Shown piece by piece: positions 52,370 through 60,569 of a stretch of DNA of 64,000 bases. The DNA is from an uncultured Armatimonadetes bacterium (GTDB lineage: Bacteria > Armatimonadota > UBA5829 > DTJY01). A program made the position numbers and the translations under genes. The DNA lies in the NCBI GenBank assembly GCA_963717145.1, contig OY970325.1, positions 5,056,001 through 5,120,000 on the forward strand. Reading direction: 5' to 3'. Under the pieces are notes generated by a model. It had not been told where the DNA came from. It saw nothing but the letters and a program-made list of their open reading frames with translations, and searched no databases. How positions within the stretch are numbered: position 1 is the stretch's first letter; each line of letters starts with the position of its first letter.

Positions 52370-53677
52370 CTACTGCTGCGACTTCTTCAGCGCCTGGTCG
52401 AGATCGGCCAGGATGTCCTCGATGCTCTCCAAGCCGATTGACAGCCGGACGAAGTCATCGCTGACCCCGGTCGATATCTGCTCATCCGGCGTCAACTGCT
52501 GATGCGTGGTCGACGCGGGATGGATGATCAGGCTCTTCGAGTCGCCGATATTCGCGAGATGCGAGAACAACTCGACGGAGTCGATCAGCTTGACCCCCGC
52601 ATCTCGTCCGCCTTTGATGCCGAAGCCCATGATCGCCCCCTGGCCGTTTGGGAGGTACCGGGCGGCCCTCTCGTAGTCAGGATGACTCGGCAGACCCGGG
52701 TAGTTCACCCAGGACACGGCGGGATGCGCCTCGAGCCACCGCGCGACCGCCAGCGCGTTCGCCGACTGATGTCGTATGCGAAGAGGCAGCGTTTCGAGTC
52801 CCTGCAGGAACAGGAACGAGTTGAACGGCGAGAGCGCCGGCCCGATGTCGCGCAGGAGCTGCAGACGTACCTTGATGATGTATGCGATTCCCTGAACGAC
52901 CGCCTGATCGTGCAGGCCGAATGCCCCCCAGTAGCTGACTCCATGATAGGAGGGATCGGGTTCCGTCATCTCGGGGAACTTGCCGTTGTCCCAGTTGAAC
53001 TTGCCCGAATCGACGATCGCGCCGCCGATGCTCGTGCCGTGCCCGCCGATGAACTTGGTCAGTGAGTAAACGGCGATGTCCACTCCGTGCTCGAACGGCT
53101 TGAGGAGCGGCGGCGGACTGACCGTGTTGTCGATGACGAACGGAATCCCGTGCTTGTGCGCGATCTCTGCGATCCCGGAGTAGTCGTCCACGTTGTTCTT
53201 GGGATTTCCGATGGACTCCGTATAGAGCAGCCGCGTGTTCTCATCGATCGCCGGCTCGAAGTTCTTCGGGTCGGACGAGTCGACGAACCGAACTTCCACA
53301 CCGAGCCTCGGCAGAGTGTAATGGAACAGATTGTACGTGCCTCCGTACAGGAAACTGGTCGACACGATGTTCTGCCCGCACTTGGCGATGTTCAGGATCG
53401 CCAGGGTTGTCGCAGCCTGTCCAGACGATACCGCGAGTGCACCCGAACCGCCGTCGAGGGCGGCCAGTCTCTTCTCGAGCACATCGGTTGTCGGATTCAT
53501 GATCCGAGTGTAGATGTTCCCGAACTCCTTGAGTCCGAAGAGGTTCGCTGCATGCTCAGCCGACTTGAAGACGTAGGATGTCGTCTGGTAGATGGGGACG
53601 GCCCGCGATCCGGTAGTCGGGTCGGGCTGCTGTCCCGCATGTAGTGCCTGTGTGTCTATGCCTTGCTTCTTAGCCAT
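52370..53677 (-). CDS. metY: O-acetylhomoserine sulfhydrylase
   Basis: [39 protein letters not shown] and [11 protein letters not shown] motifs; SD GGAGG before the ATG at 53677. Confidence 0.95.
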   Translation of the reverse strand: MAKKQGIDTQALHAGQQPDPTTGSRAVPIYQTTSYVFKSAEHAANLFGLKEFGNIYTRIMNPTTDVLEKRLAALDGGSGALAVSSGQAATTLAILNIAKCGQNIVSTSFLYGGTYNLFHYTLPRLGVEVRFVDSSDPKNFEPAIDENTRLLYTESIGNPKNNVDDYSGIAEIAHKHGIPFVIDNTVSPPPLLKPFEHGVDIAVYSLTKFIGGHGTSIGGAIVDSGKFNWDNGKFPEMTEPDPSYHGVSYWGAFGLHDQAVVQGIAYIIKVRLQLLRDIGPALSPFNSFLFLQGLETLPLRIRHQSANALAVARWLEAHPAVSWVNYPGLPSHPDYERAARYLPNGQGAIMGFGIKGGRDAGVKLIDSVELFSHLANIGDSKSLIIHPASTTHQQLTPDEQISTGVSDDFVRLSIGLESIEDILADLDQALKKSQQ

Positions 53678-53789
53678 TCTGATTCCTCCGATCTGTTTGT
53701 CCTTCGAGGTCGAGTGCTGCATGGGCCATGCACATCATCATCACGCTCATTGCTGCCATCGTTATGCCTACTTGCGTTCGGTGCTTCAT
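53670..53789 (-). CDS. putative Met-rich leader peptide (39 aa) of metY
   Basis: SD AAGGAGG, then [39 protein letters not shown]; its end overlaps the metY start. Confidence 0.7.
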   Translation of the reverse strand: MKHRTQVGITMAAMSVMMMCMAHAALDLEGQTDRRNQNG

Positions 53790-53838
53790 TTTATCCTCCT
53801 TGTGTGTGTGCGCAAACCCATTGGCGAGAATTGTGCAT

Positions 53839-53888
53839 TAAGTATATCAACTTAGTCAAGATTATCACACCGAACTCCGGTCTGTCAA
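53839..53888 (-). promoter_or_regulatory. metY promoter with downstream 25-bp operator-like motif
   Basis: TTGACA-16 bp-GATAAT (extended -10 TG), overlapped and followed by AATCTTGACTAAGTTGATATACTTA. Confidence 0.6.
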
Positions 53889-53921
53889 GCGCTTTGGCAA
53901 AAAAACATGTGAGTTCACCTC

Positions 53922-53952
53922 TTGCGCAAACTCGACATTGATGATATACTTA
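53922..53952 (+). promoter_or_regulatory. divergent promoter overlapping a second copy of the 25-bp motif
   Basis: TTGCGC-17 bp-TATACT; motif AAACTCGACATTGATGATATACTTA. Confidence 0.6.
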
Positions 53953-54098
53953 ATCAAGATTATTTCCGCGACCGTTTCCGTGTCGGGCGGAACTGCTATC
54001 CCGGACGCCAACGGGCCGTGCGAAGGAAAGACGGAACGCGGCTTGCCGTGTGCGCGTCGTTGCGGAGGGGTATCATCACCCTCGAAGGGAGAATCGAC

Positions 54099-54593
54099 AT
54101 GAAAAGAACACTACTGATCATCGCAATCATCCTGGCGGTCGGCATTCCGGCCACTATCACAGCGAACAGGTACCGGGCCGCCGTCAATCACAAGGCGACG
54201 GAGAAGACGACGGACGCGTGCTGTCCTGCCGATCAACCGACGGGCAAGGCTGATGCCATGAAGGAAGGCGCTTCCTGTCCGTATGTGGAGGGCAAGTCCG
54301 GGGATGCGGCGGCGAACCCCCACATGCCGGGCGCCAAGACTGCGCCGACCGACGAGGGGCAGAAGTGTCCCGTGATGTCACCAGCGGCGACGAAGCCGGT
54401 TACCAAGGCAACCGTCAAGCCGCCGGTTGAGAAGAAGGTCCAGTCTGCTGTCTGCCCGGTGATGAAGACGCGGATTCCGGACATCACCAAGGCTGCGGGT
54501 CACAGCGTCTACAAAGGGAAGACATACTATTTCTGCTGCGCCGGCTGCAAACCGCTCTTCGATAAGGATCCCAGCAAGTACGTCGGCCAGTGA
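54099..54593 (+). CDS. exported YHS-domain protein, putative metal binding
   Basis: Signal/TM N-terminus; CPVM…YKGKTYYFCCAGCKPLFDKDPSKY. Confidence 0.85.
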   Translation: MKRTLLIIAIILAVGIPATITANRYRAAVNHKATEKTTDACCPADQPTGKADAMKEGASCPYVEGKSGDAAANPHMPGAKTAPTDEGQKCPVMSPAATKPVTKATVKPPVEKKVQSAVCPVMKTRIPDITKAAGHSVYKGKTYYFCCAGCKPLFDKDPSKYVGQ

Positions 54594-54684
54594 TGCCGCC
54601 CAGCCGGAGGACGAGTCTCCGTCCAGGCGGATCGTATGGCCTGTGCGGAGACTCTCTCCTGCCTTGTTGGCACAGGCAGGGATG

Positions 54685-54742
54685 TTGACATTCCCCGGCA
54701 GTCCGGGGTATACAGAGTAAGTCGAGCGGATCACTTTAGCAT
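54685..54742 (+). promoter_or_regulatory. rrf2 promoter with possible autoregulatory operator
   Basis: TTGACA-18 bp-TATACA; a weaker copy of the 25-bp motif lies at 54718-54742. Confidence 0.5.
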
Positions 54743-54754
54743 GGAGGGCCGCGG

Positions 54755-55207
54755 TTGAACTTCACGTCGAAAGAGGAATATGGGCTCCGCGCGATGATGC
54801 ATCTGGGCACTCACGAAGCGGCCTGGCCGGTGCAGGCCAAGGAGATTGCCTCCGTGGAGGGCATCCCCGAGCAGTTCCTGGAGCAGGTCCTGGCCGCACT
54901 TCGCAGAGCAGGAGTCGTGCGCAGCGTTAGAGGCGCGGGTGGGGGATACGAACTCGCGCGGCCCGCTCGGAACATCACGGCCGGTGACGTCGTTCGGGCG
55001 CTCAGCGGGCCGATCGCCCCTATCCCCCGCACCGATGTGATCGACTCCGGCGAATCTTGCGACAACATCGAATACTGCGTTGTAGTCAGTCTATGGCAGA
55101 GGGTACAGACAGCTATGACGGAAGTCCTGGAGGGCACGTCCATCCAGGACATGATCGATGAACGAGCGAACAGGGAGCGGGCAAGCTCCTTTGCAATGAA
55201 CATATAA
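54755..55207 (+). CDS. Rrf2 family regulator (CymR/IscR-like)
   Basis: [25 protein letters not shown] and ALSGP motifs; TTG start; only two Cys in the cluster region; precedes cysK. Confidence 0.92.
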   Translation: MNFTSKEEYGLRAMMHLGTHEAAWPVQAKEIASVEGIPEQFLEQVLAALRRAGVVRSVRGAGGGYELARPARNITAGDVVRALSGPIAPIPRTDVIDSGESCDNIEYCVVVSLWQRVQTAMTEVLEGTSIQDMIDERANRERASSFAMNI

Positions 55208-55210
55208 GAA

Positions 55211-55546
55211 CCGTAGGGGAGGCCTTCAACGGCCTCCCGTGCTGCGGGCGGGCGTAGAAGCACCGCCCCTACGGTATTCGGGCGGGCGTGGAAGCACCGC
55301 CCCTACGGTATTCGGGCGGGGGTGGAAGCACCGCCCCTACGGTATTCGGGCGGGCGTGGAAGCACCGCCCCTACGGTATTCGGGCGGGCGTGGAAGCACC
55401 GCCCCTACGGTATTCGGGCGGGCGTGGAAGCACCGCCCTTACGGTATTCGGGCGGGGGTGGAAGCACCGCCCCTACGGTATTCGGGCGGGCGTAGAAGCA
55501 CCGCCCCTACGGTATTCGGGCGGGCGTGGAAGCACCGCCCCTACGG
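55211..55546. repeat. tandem array of nine 34-bp GTAG-type REP units plus one inverted unit
   Basis: cgggcgggcgtggaagcaccgcccctacggtatt repeated from 55245 with period 34; ccgtagggg… at 55211. Confidence 0.92.
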
Positions 55547-55571
55547 CGACAATGGTACAAGGAGGCATCAC

Positions 55572-56498
55572 ATGGCAAAGATAGCGAACAACATCACCGA
55601 GTTGATCGGCGGCACTCCACTGGTCAAGCTGAACCGGGTGGTTGGAGACGCAGGCGCTCAGGTCGTGGCGAAGATCGAGTCAGCCAACCCCGGGGGGAGT
55701 GTCAAGGATCGAATCGGCATGAGCATGATCAACGATGCGCTCCAGAAGGGTCTGATCGACGACGAAGCTATCATCATCGAGCCGACCAGTGGCAACACGG
55801 GCATCGGGCTCGCGCTGGTATGCGCCTCGCTCGGACTCAGGCTGATCCTGACCATGCCGGATACGATGAGCGTCGAGCGCAGGAACCTCCTCAAGGCATA
55901 CGGCGCTGAACTGGTGCTCACCCCGGGCGCGGAGGGCATGAGGGGCGCCATCTCCAAGGCTGAGGAACTCACAAAGGAGACGCCGAACTCGTTCATGCCG
56001 ATGCAGTTCAACAACCCCGCGAACCCCGAGATACACCGGGAAGCTACCGGCCACGAGATCTGGCGCGACACCGACGGCAAGGTCGACATCCTGGTCAGCG
56101 GGGTCGGCACCGGCGGCACCATCACCGGGATTGCGGAGTACATCAAGCCGCTCAAGCCGGAGTTCAAGGCGATCGCTGTCGAGCCGGCGGATTCCCCCGT
56201 GCTCTCGGGTGGGCAGCCGGGCTCTCACAAGATCCAGGGAATCGGCGCGGGTTTCGTGCCGAAAGTCCTGCGGCTCGATCTGGTTGACGATATCATCAAG
56301 GTCACGAACGATGACGCGCTCGAGACCGCCAGGCGGATCGCGAAAGAAGAAGGCATCCTCGTAGGTATCTCCTCCGGCGCCGCAGCATGGGCAGCGATCG
56401 AACTGGCGAAGCTGGACGAGAACAAGGGCAAGCTGATCGTCGTCATTCTCCCCGATACCGGAGAGCGCTACCTCAGCACCGTCCTGTTCGCAGAGTGA
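55572..56498 (+). CDS. cysK: cysteine synthase A
   Basis: [35 protein letters not shown] and DTGERYLST motifs. Confidence 0.97.
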   Translation: MAKIANNITELIGGTPLVKLNRVVGDAGAQVVAKIESANPGGSVKDRIGMSMINDALQKGLIDDEAIIIEPTSGNTGIGLALVCASLGLRLILTMPDTMSVERRNLLKAYGAELVLTPGAEGMRGAISKAEELTKETPNSFMPMQFNNPANPEIHREATGHEIWRDTDGKVDILVSGVGTGGTITGIAEYIKPLKPEFKAIAVEPADSPVLSGGQPGSHKIQGIGAGFVPKVLRLDLVDDIIKVTNDDALETARRIAKEEGILVGISSGAAAWAAIELAKLDENKGKLIVVILPDTGERYLSTVLFAE

Positions 56499-56676
56499 GT
56501 GCTTTCTCCGTTACCATGTTGTTGACCGGCTCAGATATGGGTACAGACAGTATCAGTTTGCACCGCTTTGCCCGCGGAGGATGATACGTGTCTCCTGCCG
56601 AAGCACCAGGACGGCGCACTGATCTGCCGAACAGAATAACTGATGCTTGCCTCGCTCTCGTCGGGGAGGTGCAGGC

Positions 56677-58722
56677 ATGAGTGGCTCATGGCGGCCTTGG
56701 TACGGATACCTCATCGTCATCCTCGCGCAGGCCCTGCTCGTAGGAACGCTCATCCTTGTCGATCCCGTCATCACGATGGGCCGTTACCCTATGGTCTACA
56801 TAGTGGTGGTCATGCTCTCCGCCTATCTACTTGGAGAGGGGCCGGCGATCCTCTCGCTCCTGCTCGGATGGGTGGCCTTCACACACTTGTTCCTCCCGCC
56901 GCAACGCTTCTGGCCGCTTGCAGACTCTCCGGAGGGCTGGGCGGCGCAGATGTCATACATCCTCGGCACGTTTATCGTAGGGTTTGCCGCCACAATCGTT
57001 CGCCGGTCCAGGCAGCGCGTCCAGCAACTCGTATCGGTTCTGAACGATGAGATCGAGGACCGCAAGGCCGCCGAGAAGGCTCTCCAGGAGGTCGAGCGCG
57101 ATCTGAGCCGGGCACAATTCGTCGCCCAGGTCGGAAGCTGGCGACTCGACACACGACGGGACGAACTGGTATGGTCCGACGAGACATACCGGATTTTCGG
57201 CATCGAGAAGGGCACCCCACTGACCTACGAGGCTTTCCTTGACCGCATTCACCCGGACGATCGGGAGTATGTGGATCGGAAGTGGAAGGCTGCTATGAAG
57301 GGCGAGCACTACGACATCGACCACCGGATCTGTGACGGCGAGCACGAGAAGTGGATTCGCGAAACCGCCGAGGTGGAGTTCGACGAGGAAGGTGTCCTGC
57401 TTGGCGGATTCGGAACGGCCCAGGACATCACGGACCGGAAACGCGCCGAGATCGCTCTGGATGAGGACCGGCGTCGGACAGCGACCGTGGCGAGAGTCGC
57501 TGAAGCGGGCATCAGTACGCTGAACACACAGGATCTGTTCGACTTGCTGGTGACCCGAATCCGCGAGGGGATGAGTTCGACCGCCGCCATTCTGTTCACC
57601 TATGATCAGGACTCCGACGAGCTTGTCGCTCGCTCGGCCAGCAACCTCCCGGAACTCGTCGGCCTGAGAGTCCCCAGCGAGGAGTCTTTCGTGGGTCTGA
57701 TACGGAAGGAGTCTCGGATGGTATACGTGGCCGACGCCTCCACAGATCCGCTCGTTGTCTCCGAGCGTATCAAGCAGGCGGGACTGAGATCGGTTCTCGG
57801 CGCGCCCCTGGCCGTAGGCGGGCGGTTCCTGGGCGTGATATGCGTGGCTGAGTCAGATGTCCGCGAGTACTCGCCGGAAGAGGTCGATCTCTTCGAAACG
57901 ATGGCCGGCCGTGCTTCACTTGCAGTCGAGAATGCCAAGCTCTACGGCGACGTCGAGCGCAGCCGAGCCGAACTCCAGCAGGCTCTCGATGTGGAGTCGT
58001 ATCTCTCGCGCCAACTCCAGCGCGCACTCCTGCCGCCGAAACCGGAGATCGGGGAGGGCTACCATGTTGCCCACAAGTATATCCCTGCCTACGCCAACCG
58101 CGAAATCGGTGGCGACTTCTACGACGTCTTCAGGGCCGAGGATGGCAAGATCGCCATCGTGATAGGCGACGTCTCAGGCAAGGGCCTCGAAGCTGCCTCG
58201 ATGGCTGCCATCACCCGAGCCACGGTCCATGCATTCGCCTACGAGTTTTCGCAGGCCGGCAAGGCGCTCACTCATGCGAATTCGGTGATATCCGCGCAGC
58301 AGGAGACGGGACAGATATCGTTCTTTGTCACCGTGTTCGTGACGATCCTCGACCCGGCGACCGGCGAGGCGACGTACAGCAGCGCCGGACATCCTCCTCC
58401 CGCCATTTGGCACGCCGATACCGGTGAGGTCGGGTTCCTGGAGTTGGGAAACCCACCGGTGGGCGTGATCGCCCGATACGAGTTCGGGGAAGGCACATAC
58501 CGCCTGGACCCGGGCGACAGGATCGTCTTCTACACCGACGGCCTCTCCGAGGCGCGCAGAGGCACCGATCTGTTCGAAATCGAAGGGATCGGACGAGTCC
58601 TTCGAGAGCATGGATCGAAGCCGCCTGACGAGGTGATCGGCGAACTCGCCTCAGCCGCCACCGCATGGGGGAACGGCCATCTCAGCGACGACACGGCTAT
58701 CGTCGTGATCGAGCGCGAATGA
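56677..58722 (+). CDS. membrane sensor PP2C/SpoIIE phosphatase (DUF4118-like TM, PAS, GAF)
   Basis: WSDETYRIFG…IHPDD, GAF domain, GGDFYD, GDVSGKG, AGHPP, YTDGLSE and DDTA motifs. Confidence 0.9.
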   Translation: MSGSWRPWYGYLIVILAQALLVGTLILVDPVITMGRYPMVYIVVVMLSAYLLGEGPAILSLLLGWVAFTHLFLPPQRFWPLADSPEGWAAQMSYILGTFIVGFAATIVRRSRQRVQQLVSVLNDEIEDRKAAEKALQEVERDLSRAQFVAQVGSWRLDTRRDELVWSDETYRIFGIEKGTPLTYEAFLDRIHPDDREYVDRKWKAAMKGEHYDIDHRICDGEHEKWIRETAEVEFDEEGVLLGGFGTAQDITDRKRAEIALDEDRRRTATVARVAEAGISTLNTQDLFDLLVTRIREGMSSTAAILFTYDQDSDELVARSASNLPELVGLRVPSEESFVGLIRKESRMVYVADASTDPLVVSERIKQAGLRSVLGAPLAVGGRFLGVICVAESDVREYSPEEVDLFETMAGRASLAVENAKLYGDVERSRAELQQALDVESYLSRQLQRALLPPKPEIGEGYHVAHKYIPAYANREIGGDFYDVFRAEDGKIAIVIGDVSGKGLEAASMAAITRATVHAFAYEFSQAGKALTHANSVISAQQETGQISFFVTVFVTILDPATGEATYSSAGHPPPAIWHADTGEVGFLELGNPPVGVIARYEFGEGTYRLDPGDRIVFYTDGLSEARRGTDLFEIEGIGRVLREHGSKPPDEVIGELASAATAWGNGHLSDDTAIVVIERE

Positions 58723-58794
58723 CCTCTTTGGAGTGCGATGGCTCGACGTCGCTTTGGTCTCGGGCGGCTTGACGCCTCCGGGGAGGCCCACCGT

Positions 58795-58911
58795 CTCTCG
58801 TTATGGTTTCCAGAGAAACCTACTCGAGACTAGACGGGTTTGGGGCTTGGGAAGCTTGGCAAGCCACCCAACCGTCCTCCTCGAGTAGCCACTCTGGTGG
58901 CATAACGAGAG
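58795..58911. repeat. imperfect inverted repeat, REP-like
   Basis: ctctcgttatg…ctactcgag / ctcgagtag…cataacgagag. Confidence 0.6.
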
Positions 58912-58954
58912 GCTGACCCACTCTGCGGAAATGCACCCCGCACTCCAGGAAGTC

Positions 58955-58989
58955 TTGACATCCCCGGTTGCTTAAGGTATATTAACCAT
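58955..58989 (+). promoter_or_regulatory. sigma70 promoter with overlapping imperfect palindrome
   Basis: TTGACA-17 bp-TATATT; TGCTTAA-N6-TTAACCA. Confidence 0.6.
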
Positions 58990-59020
58990 ACATGCTGATT
59001 AAGTAATCGGGGGAAAGACC

Positions 59021-60569
59021 GTGAAGCGATGGATTCTTGTTCTCATTCCACTTATATTGCTGAGTCTGCCAATCGTCTGGCGACTCTCCCAGCAACGGTC
59101 GGAAGCCGCTGTTCAGGCGGAGCAGCGCTCCGCCAGAATGAGATCGGCTCCGAGTGTGTCCGTATCGCCGGTGGTGGTGCGGGACATCATCCGAGTCTTT
59201 GATGCCACCGGCTCCGTTGAAGCTCCTCTGAACGTCAAGATCGCCGCCAAAGTCACCGGTCGTATCGACTTCCTGCTGGTCCGCGAGGGCGACCGCGTCC
59301 GCAAGGGACAGGTCCTCGTGCGCATCGATCCGTCTGACGTCGAGGCGGGCGTCCAACAGCAGCAGGCCTCACTTGCGGAGGCTCAGTACCGCCTGGCGCA
59401 GGCACAGTTGAACCAAAGCCCCACCAACGTCGCCGTCAATACACAGATCAGTCAGCAGAAAGCAGCCGTATCGAGCGCCACCGCTGACTACAATCAGACC
59501 AACGAGAACTACAAGGCTCAACTGGCGGCGGCATCGGCCAACGTCCGGGACGCCGAATCACGTGTCGGAAACGCTCGGTCAGCCGTGAAAGGCGCTCAGG
59601 CAAATCTCGAGAACGCCACCGCCCGGTACAACAGGATTTTCGACCTCTACAAGCAGGGGTTCACCGCCGCGCAGGATGTCGATGACGCCAAGGCGTTGGT
59701 CAGCGTGCAGCAGGCCAACGTCGAGATCGCACAGGGGCAGTTGAATTCGGCGCTGGCGCAGAAGGAATCCGCCGAGCAGCAGGCCGCCATCGTCAGGACG
59801 AAGGGCCTCGCAGACATCGAGGCTTCACGCGCCAAGCTCGATCAGGCGAAGGCCGCGCTCGAAGTATGCGCATGCCAATTCGGCCCAGAAGCCGGCATAC
59901 GAGCAGAGCCTCTCCGCGCTCAGATCGTCCACGGATGCCGCGCGAGCCGCCCTCCGACTGGCGCAGGCCAAGAGAGCCGACACGGTGCTGAAAGCCCCGC
60001 TCGATGGAGTGGTCACCGCGAGGTTCGCCGATCCGGGCGCGATTGCGAGTTCGGGCCAGCCGATCATCGCAGTCCAGTTCGTCAGGCAGATATGGGTCAC
60101 GATCGCGGTCCCGGAAGAGATCAGCCCGAAGCTCCACATCGGTCAGCCCGCGAAGGTTACCCTCGACGCGCTCCCGGGTCGCCTGTTCAACGGCAGCGTC
60201 ATACAGGTGAACGGCGCCGCTGATCCGCAGAGCCGCCAGTTGATGGCCCGCGTCATCCTCGACAACAAAGAAGGCATCTTCAAGCCGGGGATGTACGCCC
60301 GTGTCGCAATCGAGACCGACCGCGTGAGGAGCGCGATCGTGGTTCCCCGGGAGGCTGTTCAGCGTGGCAAGGACGGGTCATACGTGGTGGTCGTCGATGC
60401 GGCTAACAAGGCTGCGCACCGGGTCGTCTCGGTCGGCGCACAGGATGCGGTAGGGATCGCCATCGAGAGCGGAGTTCGACCGGGCGAGAGAGTCGTCATC
60501 ATGAGCGCGTCTCCGATAAGGGACGGCCAGACGGTCCGCACCGGAGGGTCGGGCAGAGGCAAGAAATGA
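59021..60569 (+). CDS. RND periplasmic adaptor (indel near 59870)
   Basis: VREGDRVRKGQVL, coiled coil, LKAPLDGVV, KPGMYA and VPREAV motifs. Confidence 0.88.

Noticed and set aside
53680-53890. SAM riboswitch or T-box upstream of metY
   Set aside because: No recognisable consensus, and the space is taken by the promoter, operator-like motif and leader ORF.
53663-53941. His/Cys-rich ORF ([11 protein letters not shown]) on the plus strand as a metal-binding peptide
   Set aside because: It is the antisense shadow of the ATG run in the minus-strand leader and has no evident SD or promoter.
55245-55546. CRISPR array
   Set aside because: The repeats are head-to-tail without unique spacers, end in the REP-type CCCCTAC motif, and no cas genes are present.
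55239-55571. Repeat-encoded N-terminal extension of CysK (419-aa ORF)
   Set aside because: It is an open frame through the repeat array; the real start is the ATG at 55572 with SD AAGGAGG.
56550-56646. Possible riboswitch upstream of the PP2C gene (atcagtt…aactgat pairing)
   Set aside because: The pairings are short and match no motif I know; support is insufficient.
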